Positions 18,390-26,763 of a stretch of 64,000 nt of DNA are shown one piece after another. The stretch spans positions 616,845-680,844 of the forward strand of contig CAVVPX010000002.1 in NCBI GenBank assembly GCA_963750305.1, read 5' to 3'. Position 1 is the first letter of the stretch. Each line of letters starts with the position of its first letter. The position numbers and the translations under genes were made by a program. This stretch comes from an uncultured Actinomycetota bacterium (GTDB lineage Bacteria > Actinomycetota > Actinomycetes > Actinomycetales > Dermatophilaceae). The notes under the pieces are model-generated. The model was not told where the DNA came from and searched no databases. It saw nothing but the letters and a program-made list of their open reading frames with translations.

Positions 18390-18456
18390 TCCGGTCGGCG
18401 CGGGTTCGGCGCGGGTTCGGCGCAGGTTCGGCGCAGGTTCGGCGCGGGTTCGGCCC
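18390..18456. repeat. 11-bp tandem repeat x5-6 (cgggttcggcg)
   Basis: Read directly. Intergenic, upstream of the SRPBCC gene and downstream of the His-rich gene. Confidence 0.85.
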
Positions 18457-18460
18457 GGCG

Positions 18461-18949
18461 TCAGACCGGGGTGGGCCAGCTGACCTGGGTGACCTCGCCG
18501 CCCACGACCGAGGCGGTCATCGCGATGTCGTCGCCCGGGATCGGCACCAGCTCGTACTCGCCCTCGACCACCGAGGGGTACACCAGGGTGTAGGCCGGGC
18601 CGTCCGGTCCGGGGCGACCGACGACGCCGACGTGCGGGTACGGCGAGGCCGGGTGGGCGTGACCGGTCGGCCCGTCGTGGTCGTGGCCGTGGTCGTGGCT
18701 GTGGCTGTGGCTGTGGTCGTGCTGGTGGTCGTGGCTGTGGTGGTGACTCTGGCCGTCATCGTGACCCTGTTGGTCAGTCGTGGCGCCGCCACCCTCAGCG
18801 GTCTTGGCGGCGGTCGCGCCCGCCGGACGGATCTCGACCTCGAGGTCCTCCAGCGAGGCAGGCATGGTGACGATGAGCGCACCGACGTCCCCGCCGATGT
18901 CGAGCATCACCGGCCCCTGACCGGCGTTCGGGTTCTCTGCAGTGGGCAC
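18461..18949 (-). CDS. His-rich hypothetical protein (putative metal-binding)
   Basis: GTG start with AGGAG SD. Central HHHSHDHQHDHSHSHSHDHGHDHD tract. No signal peptide. Confidence 0.65.
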   Translation of the reverse strand: MPTAENPNAGQGPVMLDIGGDVGALIVTMPASLEDLEVEIRPAGATAAKTAEGGGATTDQQGHDDGQSHHHSHDHQHDHSHSHSHDHGHDHDGPTGHAHPASPYPHVGVVGRPGPDGPAYTLVYPSVVEGEYELVPIPGDDIAMTASVVGGEVTQVSWPTPV

Positions 18950-18961
18950 GGCGGTACTCCT

Positions 18962-19006
18962 GGTGCGGTGGGTGCGGTGGGTGCGGTGGGTGCGGTGGTT
19001 GCGGTG
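18962..19006. repeat. 9-bp tandem repeat x5 (ggtgcggtg) abutting the SD of the His-rich gene
   Basis: Read directly. On the minus strand it reads CACCGCACC and is in frame with the downstream CDS (His-Arg-Thr). Confidence 0.85.
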
Positions 19007-19158
19007 GTTGGCTGGTGCGTGCGCAGACGCTGCGGAGCCAGCTCAGCAGGTCAGCCCAGGACGAACCTACGCCGCCCGCGAGGCGGACGGCGTAGGGAAG
19101 AGCAAGGTGGACCGGCCGGGACTGCCGGTAGCCCCGACCGGTCCGGTCTTGGTGAGGC

Positions 19159-20553
19159 CTAGTTCTTGGTGGCCTCGGGCGGCGACGTCATCGCCTGGTA
19201 GCCACCGGTCGGCACCCCGAGGTAGGGGAACACGTTCAGGGTCGGCGGGCGGGGGGTGTCAACCGTCCCGTCCTCCAACAGCGACGCGGCCCCATCGGGG
19301 GTGAACGACGGGTCGACCAGGGGGATGGTCGCGCCCGCGACGGCCTTGAGCTCGATCGCCGTCACGTCGTCGGTGACCCGACGTCCGTTCGGGAAGCCGG
19401 CCAGGTCGCCGCCCAGGATCCCGTTGGGGCTGGGGTTCCTGGTCGTCGGCGGGATGGCCACGTTCAGACGCAGCATGTCCGCCTGGACCGGTCCGGTGTA
19501 GTTCTGGAAGCCGTCGATGATCCCCTTCGGGATACCGGTGAGCAGGATCGCGAGCAGGTCGGCCCGGTCCTTGTCGTACCCGGCGAGGTTCGGGAACACG
19601 CCGGGGTACAGCACGGGCAGCAGCCCGGCCAGCTCCGGCTTGGCGACGTAGTTCGCGTACTGCTTGTCGTACTGGGGCTCCTTGGCGTTCCAGCGGTCCT
19701 TCTCGGCCATCGGGGTGATGACCTCGTTGAACAGCGGCATGCCCAGGCGGGAGACCTGCTTGAAGGCGCCCGTCGAGATGGTCTTGCCCGTCTCGTTGTC
19801 GAACACGCGGGTGCGCTGGCGGCTGGCGGTCGCCCAGACTCCGATGGTGGAGTTGGGGTCGTCGAAGGCCGTCGGCGTGACGCCGCCCTTGGTGAGGTCA
19901 CTGATCGGCACCTGGATGGCGATCGAGTGGACGTTGAGGAAGGCCAGGCCGTTCTTGCCCTCCTGCGACGGGGTGGGGATGAGGTGCAGGTTCTGGAACG
20001 GACGCAGGACACCGAGGTCGAAGATGCTGCCGGTGTCGACGAAGAAGCCGTCGGCGCGCTGCCCGGCGAACACCTTGCGACCGCCCTTGATCGACTTGAT
20101 CGCGTCCTGGGCGAGCGCCGCATAGTTCGGGGTGCTGCGCGGGCCGACGTTGACCGGCGGGCACGGCAGGTTCTTGGCCAGCGGCTTCCACCCGCCCGCG
20201 CGGTCGTAGCGGACCACCGAGTACGTCTGCGGGCGGTTCCAGCTCGGGCTGCTGAGCGAGGTGATCGGCCCGGTGTTGTACAGGAACGTGTTGTTGTTGC
20301 GGATCGCCGTGTCGAACCGGAACCGGAAGACGACGTCAGCCTCGGACGTGCCGCGGTTACTGATGTTGATCTCGTAGAGCACGTCGGTGCCGAACTCGTA
20401 GAAGTTCGGTCCGCCCTGCGGGTCCTGGAACGGGATGAAGTTGGCGATCAGGGTGACGGTGTCCGGCTTGTCGGGACTGACGAACGCATAGACGTCCGTG
20501 TTGTCGACGACCGGGTCCTTGGAGATCTCTGGGGCTTCGCGGTGTGAACTCAT
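19159..20553 (-). CDS. DUF4331 domain protein, without its own signal peptide
   Basis: Starts MSSHREAPEISKDPVVDNTDVYAFVSPD, the hallmark DUF4331 N-terminal block. SD GAGGAG. Confidence 0.8.
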   Translation of the reverse strand: MSSHREAPEISKDPVVDNTDVYAFVSPDKPDTVTLIANFIPFQDPQGGPNFYEFGTDVLYEINISNRGTSEADVVFRFRFDTAIRNNNTFLYNTGPITSLSSPSWNRPQTYSVVRYDRAGGWKPLAKNLPCPPVNVGPRSTPNYAALAQDAIKSIKGGRKVFAGQRADGFFVDTGSIFDLGVLRPFQNLHLIPTPSQEGKNGLAFLNVHSIAIQVPISDLTKGGVTPTAFDDPNSTIGVWATASRQRTRVFDNETGKTISTGAFKQVSRLGMPLFNEVITPMAEKDRWNAKEPQYDKQYANYVAKPELAGLLPVLYPGVFPNLAGYDKDRADLLAILLTGIPKGIIDGFQNYTGPVQADMLRLNVAIPPTTRNPSPNGILGGDLAGFPNGRRVTDDVTAIELKAVAGATIPLVDPSFTPDGAASLLEDGTVDTPRPPTLNVFPYLGVPTGGYQAMTSPPEATKN

Positions 20554-20554
20554 G

Positions 20555-20815
20555 TCAGCTCCTCGCAGCCTTGGTCAGGCGGCGCACCAGCGCCGGGTCG
20601 TGGATCTCAACCTCGTCCTCGCCCACCATGACGGTGACGACGCCGGACTTGGGGTTCTGGATGTAGGCGACGAGGGTGGCGCTGCTCAGTGCCTCGGCCG
20701 CTTCTGCTGCGGATGTGGGCGCCGCAAAGGCGCTCGGTGCAGCAGCAACGACGGCCACGGTGGCCGCCCCCGCTCCTGCTGCGGCGATGAAACCGCGTCG
20801 TGTGGCATCAGCCAT
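20555..20815 (-). CDS. Small Tat-signal protein (86 aa), hypothetical
   Basis: Twin-arginine motif DATRRGFIAAAGAG, h-region, AFAAP cleavage-like site. The stop is 1 nt before the DUF4331 ATG. Confidence 0.65.
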   Translation of the reverse strand: MADATRRGFIAAAGAGAATVAVVAAAPSAFAAPTSAAEAAEALSSATLVAYIQNPKSGVVTVMVGEDEVEIHDPALVRRLTKAARS

Positions 20816-21073
20816 CTGTGCTCAGTTCCCTTCAGGAACGCACCGGACCACGGTCCGGCGCAAGGGTTTCAGGTCGAAGGACGACCTGTGGTCAACGGTG
20901 ACCGGCAGTGATTCGGAGACCTCGCCCGATCGGATGGGACCACCCCGGACATCCACCCGATCGCTGCCCGGCACCTCGGTCGGATGACCCTGTCGGACCG
21001 CGCGGCTATCATCGAAGGCGCTCCGCAGCGCCGCGTGAGCCCTCACCCCTGCGCCACCCCTGAGAGGTTCACC

Positions 21074-22633
21074 ATGTCTGCCCCAGCCCAGCTGAAGTAC
21101 CCCGACAAGATCGACGGCGCCGTCCTCAAGATCGCCGGGGTCGTCGTGCTCGGCGCGATCATGTCGATCCTGGACATCACCGTCGTCAACGTCGCCCTGC
21201 CGGTGTTCCAGCAGGTCTTCGCCGACGACCCGTCCAAGCCCCTGGCCTACTCCTCGGTCGCGTGGACGGTGACCGCATACACGCTCGCGCTGGCCACGGT
21301 GATCCCCCTGACCGGTTGGGCCGCCGACCGGTTCGGCACCAAGCGGCTCTACATCGCGGCCATCGTGATGTTCACCCTGGGCTCGGCCCTCTGCGCCTCC
21401 GCGAGCTCGATCGAGATGCTCATCTCCTTCCGTGTGCTCCAGGGCCTCGGCGGCGGCATGCTCATGCCGCTCGGCATGACGATCATGACCCGCGCGGCCG
21501 GTCCGGCCCGGATGGGGCGCCTCATGGCGATCCTGGGCGTACCGATGCTGCTCGGGCCGATCTTCGGTCCGATCCTGGGCGGCTGGCTCATCGAGGTGCG
21601 GAGCTGGCACTGGATCTTCCTGATCAACGTGCCGATCGGCGCGGTCGCGGTGGTCTACGCGCTGTGGGCACTGCCCAAGGACACCGCGAAGGCAGCGGAG
21701 AAGCTTGACGTCGTCGGCGTTGCGCTGATGTCACCCGGTCTGGCGCTCTTCCTGTACGGCATCTCCTCGATCCCAGCCAAGGGCACCATCCTGGATGCCG
21801 AGGTGCTGGTCACGATGATCATCGGACTCGCCCTGATCGCGGCCTTCGTCCGGCACTCCTTCCGCCCGGAGCACCCGTTGCTGGACCTGCGGCTGTTCAA
21901 GAACCGCAACCTCAGCGCGTCGAGCGCGACCATGTTCCTGTTCGCCGCGGCGTTCTTCGGCGGACTCCTGCTGATCCCGACCTACTACCAGTCGGTGCGC
22001 GGTGAGTCGACGATCGACGCCGGCTGGCTAGTGGCCCCGCAGGGCCTGGGCGCGATGCTCACCATGCCGATCGCCGGCGCGCTGGTCGACAAGTTCCCGG
22101 TGGGGCGGATCGTCCCGTTCGGACTGGTCCTGATCATCGGCGGCATGTCCGCTCTGACGACCCTGGCCTCCGACACGTCGTACTGGACGATCAGCATCAT
22201 CCTGTTCGTCATGGGTCTGGGGATGGGCGGCACGATGATGCCGATCATGACCACCGCGCTGAAGACGCTGACCTCCCACGAGGTGGCGCGTGGCTCGACC
22301 CTGCTCAACATCGTCCAGCAGATCGCCAGCTCGATCGGCGTCGCGATCATGTCGGTCATCCTGACCAACAACCTCAAGGCGTCCGACATCGCGCAGCCGG
22401 CGATGGCGAGCCTGCGCGACCCGTCGCTGGTCGACCAGCTGGGTGGGCCCGCCGCGGTGGCCGCAGGCCTGAAGGAAGCCGCCGAGGCGTTTGCGAACAC
22501 CTATGTCGTCGCAGCCATCCTGGTCACGCTGACGCTCATCCCGGCCTACTTCCTGCCGCGCAGGCGTGAGGTCTCGCACCTGCTCGACGACGTGCAGGGC
22601 GCCGAGGGCGTGCCTCCGGTGCTCATGCACTGA
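21074..22633 (+). CDS. DHA2-family (14-TMS) MFS efflux transporter
   Basis: ILDITVVNVALP, GWAADRFGTKRLY motifs. ATG 21074 with GAGAGG SD. Confidence 0.85.
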   Translation: MSAPAQLKYPDKIDGAVLKIAGVVVLGAIMSILDITVVNVALPVFQQVFADDPSKPLAYSSVAWTVTAYTLALATVIPLTGWAADRFGTKRLYIAAIVMFTLGSALCASASSIEMLISFRVLQGLGGGMLMPLGMTIMTRAAGPARMGRLMAILGVPMLLGPIFGPILGGWLIEVRSWHWIFLINVPIGAVAVVYALWALPKDTAKAAEKLDVVGVALMSPGLALFLYGISSIPAKGTILDAEVLVTMIIGLALIAAFVRHSFRPEHPLLDLRLFKNRNLSASSATMFLFAAAFFGGLLLIPTYYQSVRGESTIDAGWLVAPQGLGAMLTMPIAGALVDKFPVGRIVPFGLVLIIGGMSALTTLASDTSYWTISIILFVMGLGMGGTMMPIMTTALKTLTSHEVARGSTLLNIVQQIASSIGVAIMSVILTNNLKASDIAQPAMASLRDPSLVDQLGGPAAVAAGLKEAAEAFANTYVVAAILVTLTLIPAYFLPRRREVSHLLDDVQGAEGVPPVLMH

Positions 22634-22653
22634 CGTCCACGCACCGCAGCACT

Positions 22654-22683
22654 GGGCCGCCCGCAGATCTCTGCGGGCGGCCC
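22654..22683 (+). terminator. Perfect 13-bp stem / 4-nt loop hairpin after the MFS gene
   Basis: GGGCCGCCCGCAG atct CTGCGGGCGGCCC. Confidence 0.5.
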
Positions 22684-22720
22684 GCCTGCATCGGAGCGGG
22701 GTGCCGGGCACACTGGAGCC

Positions 22721-22969
22721 ATGGCGCAGGACATCGACATCCAGAAGCACATCACCGACCTCATCGAGCAGGAGCACTCCCTGCGCGACCAGATGAGTCG
22801 GCACGAGATCAACCCGGCGGAGGAGCGCGAGCGGCTGCGCAGGCTCGAGGTCGAGCTCGACCAGTGCTGGGACCTGTTGCGGCAGCGGCGGGCCAAGCGG
22901 GAGTTCGGCGAGAACCCCGACGCAGCCGAGGTGCGGTCAGAGGGCGTGGTCGAGGGCTACAGCGGGTGA
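22721..22969 (+). CDS. DUF2630 family protein
   Basis: MAQDIDIQKHITDLIEQEHSLRDQ...LDQCWDLLRQRRAKREFGENPD. Confidence 0.75.
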   Translation: MAQDIDIQKHITDLIEQEHSLRDQMSRHEINPAEERERLRRLEVELDQCWDLLRQRRAKREFGENPDAAEVRSEGVVEGYSG

Positions 22970-23481
22970 GCCGCGCTGTCGGGCATCTGGACCTGCCGAC
23001 GGTCGCCGAGGTGGCAGCGCTGGGTGGTGGGTATGAGCGAGCCGTGCCGCCGGAGTACACCGACGCGAACGGTCACCTGAACATCGCGCGCTACATGGAC
23101 GTGCACAGCGATGGCGGGTGGCACTGGCTGGAGAGGTTCGGACTCGGCGAGGCCACCGCTCGGGCGGGCGGGGCCTCGACCTTCGACGTCGAGCACCATG
23201 TGCGGTATCTGCGCGAGGTCCACTCCGGCGACGTCCTCACTTTGCACGGTCGGCTGGTCGGCCGGTCGCCGCGCGCACTGCACTCGGTGCAGTTCCTCCT
23301 CAACCGGACCACCGTCGAGCTGGCCAACGTCATGGAGGTCATCGCCCTCAGCATCGACCTGACCGCGCGCCGCGCCGTGGCCTTCCCGCCGGAGGTGGCG
23401 GCCGCCCTCGACGCCCAGCTCGCGCTCGACCGGGGGCTGCCATGGGAGCCGCCGCTCTGCGGGTCGATGGGTGTCGGCTGA
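22966..23481 (+). CDS. Hotdog-fold acyl-CoA thioesterase family protein
   Basis: GTGA overlap with the previous stop. PPEYTDANGHLNIARYMDV is typical of 4HBT-like thioesterases. Confidence 0.65.
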   Translation: MSRAVGHLDLPTVAEVAALGGGYERAVPPEYTDANGHLNIARYMDVHSDGGWHWLERFGLGEATARAGGASTFDVEHHVRYLREVHSGDVLTLHGRLVGRSPRALHSVQFLLNRTTVELANVMEVIALSIDLTARRAVAFPPEVAAALDAQLALDRGLPWEPPLCGSMGVG

Positions 23482-23695
23482 GCGCTGCGCTCACGCTCCG
23501 ACCCTCACCGGGCGGTGATCGGTCAATCACCTCGTCGAGGGCGAATACCGCGCGATGGCACGGGGTAGACACCATGAGCCTGGATACGACGACGGCAGCG
23601 TCGGCGCCCGCGTCCGGGACCGCGCCGCAGGCTCCCAGCCGCGACGCAGAACGGCCTGGCGCACCCCGCGACCAGGCGCGACGAGAGGAGTCCGC

Positions 23696-23869
23696 ATGGG
23701 ACTGGCAGACAAGGCCAAGAATGCCGCTGAGGACATGGCCGGCAAGGCCAAGGAAGGCGTCGGCAAGGCGACCGACGACGAGCAGATGGAGGCCGAGGGA
23801 CGGACCGACCAGTCCAAGGCCGACCTCAAGAACGCCGGCGAGAACGTCAAGGACGCTTTCAAGAACTGA
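23696..23869 (+). CDS. CsbD family general-stress protein
   Basis: MGLADKAKNAAEDMAGKAKEGVGKATDDEQMEAEGRTDQSKADLKNAGENVKDAFK. SD GAGAGGAG. Confidence 0.85.
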   Translation: MGLADKAKNAAEDMAGKAKEGVGKATDDEQMEAEGRTDQSKADLKNAGENVKDAFKN

Positions 23870-23876
23870 CGTACCC

Positions 23877-23931
23877 CAGCCGAGGACCTCGCGGTGCACG
23901 TCTTGACGTGTCACCCCGAGGTCTTCGGCTG
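23877..23931. terminator. Bidirectional terminator-like hairpin between convergent csbD and apbE
   Basis: CAGCCGAGGACCTCG ... CGAGGTCTTCGGCTG (15-bp stem, 1 mismatch) with inner stem CACGTC/GACGTG. Confidence 0.5.
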
Positions 23932-24018
23932 TCCCGATGAGCAGCCGGTGCCCGGTCGCCGGCGCGGCCCGCTCACGCGATGGCGGTGCCGGTCAGGTCC
24001 GCGGAGTTCGCGGCCGCT

Positions 24019-24813
24019 TCACAGGGTGGCCAGGGAGTAGTCCGGGTCGCGGTCGGGGAGCAGTTGCCGGACGAGGTCGCGATCGACGAACGCCGCGGTG
24101 GCCCAGACGTCGGCCCAGAGCGCGCTCGGCCCCCACACCGTGCTCGACCCCTCCGCCACCACGGTGGCGCCGGTCCGAGGGTCGTGGACGTGGGCACCGC
24201 GTGCCGCGTTCCCGGAGGTGGCCACGGCGCCGCTGACGAGGTCGAGCACCCCCGCGATGCGCTCGGGGGTGCGGGGGTCCTGGATCCCGACGCGCCACGG
24301 CGGTCCTGGATCGGTCGCGACGCCAAGGCCGACCTGGAGGTCGCCACCGGCATTGAGGCAGTAGGCGACTGCGGGGGCGGCAGCGAGGTAGGCAGCCGCG
24401 CCGGCGATGGCCCACCCCTTGACCAGGCCGGTGGGGTCGTACCCCAGGGCGCCATCGGCACCAGGCAGGATCGCGGTGAACAGCCCGTCCGTGCGGCGGC
24501 CGGCCTCGGCGGCGAGCGCCTCGACCTCGACGTGCCAGGGGTGCGCCTCGGCGGCGGCGAGCGTGCCGGCGCGCAGCCGGAGGTGCTCGCTGTCGGTGCG
24601 CCAGGTGCTGAAGACGGCGTCGACCTTGCGGAGGTGTGCGAACGCCTGGGCGACGGCGACCTCAGCGTCCTCGGTGGGGGTGCCGGGACCACGCAGATGG
24701 ATCGAGACGGGCATGCCCATCAGCTGCTCGACCCAGGCGCGGCGGCGCGGTGGCGCCTCGGCTGCGGCCGCCGGGTTGACGGTCGAGACGGTGGCCAGGA
24801 CGGTGGAGGTCAC
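24019..24813 (-). CDS. apbE: FAD:protein FMN transferase (ApbE family)
   Basis: GLVKGWA, LNAGGD, ATSGN motifs. GTGA overlap with the FMN-binding gene. Confidence 0.8.
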   Translation of the reverse strand: MTSTVLATVSTVNPAAAAEAPPRRRAWVEQLMGMPVSIHLRGPGTPTEDAEVAVAQAFAHLRKVDAVFSTWRTDSEHLRLRAGTLAAAEAHPWHVEVEALAAEAGRRTDGLFTAILPGADGALGYDPTGLVKGWAIAGAAAYLAAAPAVAYCLNAGGDLQVGLGVATDPGPPWRVGIQDPRTPERIAGVLDLVSGAVATSGNAARGAHVHDPRTGATVVAEGSSTVWGPSALWADVWATAAFVDRDLVRQLLPDRDPDYSLATL

Positions 24814-25262
24814 AGGTGGGCCTGGTCGATCGCGGACTGGAGCGACTGGACGTATCCGTCGGAGGTGACGGTCGCGCCCGAGATCGTGTCGATGCCGGCG
24901 GACTGGGCCGTCACGACCTCCTGGTTCAGGATCGGAACGGCATAGGAGTTGATCTGCTCGTCGCGGTGGCTGCCCGACGGGATCTGCAGCACGTCGGCTG
25001 CGGTGATGGAGCCGTTCTCGACGGTGATCTGCACCTGCACCGGCCCCCACTGGGTCTGGGCCGTGTCGCCGGAGAAGGTTCCGCTCGAACCGCTGGTGGC
25101 GCTGCCGGTGGTCCCGCCCGAGGTGCCGGACGACCCGTTCGTGGTGCCGGGGACCGCCGCCGCGGCAACGACGGTCCCGCTGCTGCTGGTCGAGGTGTGA
25201 TAGCTGAACAGCAGGACGAGGGTGGTGACGGTGGACAACATCCACAAGGTGATGCGGCGCAT
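24810..25262 (-). CDS. Extracytoplasmic FMN-binding domain protein (flavinylation substrate)
   Basis: N-terminal TM anchor, Ser/Thr/Gly linker, flavinylation motif DTISGATVTS. Confidence 0.8.
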   Translation of the reverse strand: MRRITLWMLSTVTTLVLLFSYHTSTSSSGTVVAAAAVPGTTNGSSGTSGGTTGSATSGSSGTFSGDTAQTQWGPVQVQITVENGSITAADVLQIPSGSHRDEQINSYAVPILNQEVVTAQSAGIDTISGATVTSDGYVQSLQSAIDQAHL

Positions 25263-25270
25263 GAGAGCTC

Positions 25271-26665
25271 CTAGTACGCGAAGCGTTCGACGTGGACACA
25301 TCCGGCGGGAACCCCGCCGGCGATGGCGGCTGCCCGAGCGGCGTCCATCCACGGGCCCGAGCCACAGAGGTACACCTCGCGGTCGGCCAGGTCGGGAACG
25401 AGGTGGCGCAGACCTTCGACATCGGTGAGGTGGGCGGCGGCGACCGGGAGCCAGCTGTCGCGGTCGGGGACCCGCGGGCCGTCGATGGCGACATAGCGAG
25501 CGCCGCGGGCCTGGGCGAGCGTGGCGAGCTCGTGCCCGAGGACGCGGTGGGCGGCCGAGGTGGCCCGGTGCAGGACCACGACGTCGCCCGGTCGCTGCTC
25601 CAGGCCCTCCATGAGCGAGCGGATCGGAGCGATGCCGATCCCTGCCCCCATCAGCAGGACCTTGCGCCGCGTCCGGACGCCGGGGTGCAGCCGGCCGTAG
25701 GGGCCCTCGACGAGGACGCGGGTCCCCGGGCGCACCCGAGCCAGTCGGGCGGTGTCCGGGCCGGTGTGGGCGACCGTGATGCGCAGGGTGCGGCCGTCGG
25801 GCGCGGTGGAGATCGAGTACGGGTGCGCGCGGGTCCAGCCCGGCCCGTCGACAAACCGCCACTGGAAGAACTGACCCGCCTGGACCCGGAGGCGGCCGAC
25901 GCCGGGGCCTGCGACCGTCACCGAGGTCACCCCGGCACCCTCGGGGCGCACGTCGACGACGTGCATCGGGTGCCGCAGCATGCCCCACAGCGGGACACCG
26001 ACGCGATACACCAGCACGGCGCCGGCGCACGCCGCATACAGCGACCACCAGAAGACGGTGACCGTGGTCGAGCGCAGGAACTCCTGCCCCGTCCAGAGCT
26101 GGTGGGGCAGCGCGAGCCCCGCCCCGAGATACCCGTAGAGGTGGATCAGGTGCCACGACGCGTACCGCATCCGGGCGCGCGCCGCCCGCACCGAGGTCAC
26201 GACGACCAGGCACAGCGCAACCGTCCCCGCGACCGACAGGAGCACCCCGGGATAGTCGAGGACCAGATCGAGGATCGTGCCCCACAGACCGCGGGGCGAC
26301 GACGCGGCATAGCCGAGGGTGATCAGGACGACGTGTCCGACCATGAGGTTGAACGACGTGAACCCGACGAGCCGGTGCAGGCGGGCCAATCCGTCCTGAC
26401 CTAAGGCCTGCTCGACCCACGGCACCCGCGCCATGAGGAAGACCTGGACCAACAGGAGCGCCGAGGCGAGCAGGCCGGTGATCCGCCCGGTGCTGGTCAG
26501 GCCGGTCGCGGCGCTGCCGAGGTCCTGGACGCCGCCGCCCGCGACCCAGAGCGCGGTCACCGTCACCAGCAGGAGCCAGAGGGCCGCCAGCGACGCATCG
26601 CGCCACCAGCGAGGCACGGCGCGTGCCGGCTGCGGCACCGGAGGGAGTGGTGTTGCCGGGCGCAT
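25271..26665 (-). CDS. Ferric-reductase-like transmembrane domain fused to FAD/NAD(P)-binding oxidoreductase
   Basis: Six TM segments with conserved His (HRLVGF, WHLIHLYGY), RAHPYSIS FAD motif, LLMGAGIGIAPI NAD motif. Confidence 0.8.
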   Translation of the reverse strand: MRPATPLPPVPQPARAVPRWWRDASLAALWLLLVTVTALWVAGGGVQDLGSAATGLTSTGRITGLLASALLLVQVFLMARVPWVEQALGQDGLARLHRLVGFTSFNLMVGHVVLITLGYAASSPRGLWGTILDLVLDYPGVLLSVAGTVALCLVVVTSVRAARARMRYASWHLIHLYGYLGAGLALPHQLWTGQEFLRSTTVTVFWWSLYAACAGAVLVYRVGVPLWGMLRHPMHVVDVRPEGAGVTSVTVAGPGVGRLRVQAGQFFQWRFVDGPGWTRAHPYSISTAPDGRTLRITVAHTGPDTARLARVRPGTRVLVEGPYGRLHPGVRTRRKVLLMGAGIGIAPIRSLMEGLEQRPGDVVVLHRATSAAHRVLGHELATLAQARGARYVAIDGPRVPDRDSWLPVAAAHLTDVEGLRHLVPDLADREVYLCGSGPWMDAARAAAIAGGVPAGCVHVERFAY

Positions 26666-26763
26666 CGGGCGGGTCAGTTCTGCGGTCACAGGATCAGGGT
26701 GACGTCGCGGGCTGTGCAGACCCTGTGGAGTCCCTACGCGTTGGCTGCCGGCGCAGCCTCTCG

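Noticed and set aside
18390-19006. Possible CRISPR array, because of clustered short repeats
   Set aside because: The repeats are contiguous 9- or 11-bp units with no unique spacers, no 25-40-bp repeat unit and no cas genes. They are simple tandem repeats.
20540-20557. Possibility that the Tat mini-ORF and DUF4331 are one gene split by a sequencing error
   Set aside because: Not adopted as the primary model. The junction has a clean TGA, a 1-nt spacer, an ATG with a well-placed GAGGAG SD, and no homopolymer run. It remains listed as a refutation test in the finding.
23600-23695. SigB/SigF-type stress promoter (GGGTAG -10 like element at about 23562-23567) upstream of csbD
   Set aside because: A GGGTA-like hexamer exists, but the expected GTTT-type -35 at 15-17 nt spacing is absent. 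Information content is too low to call.
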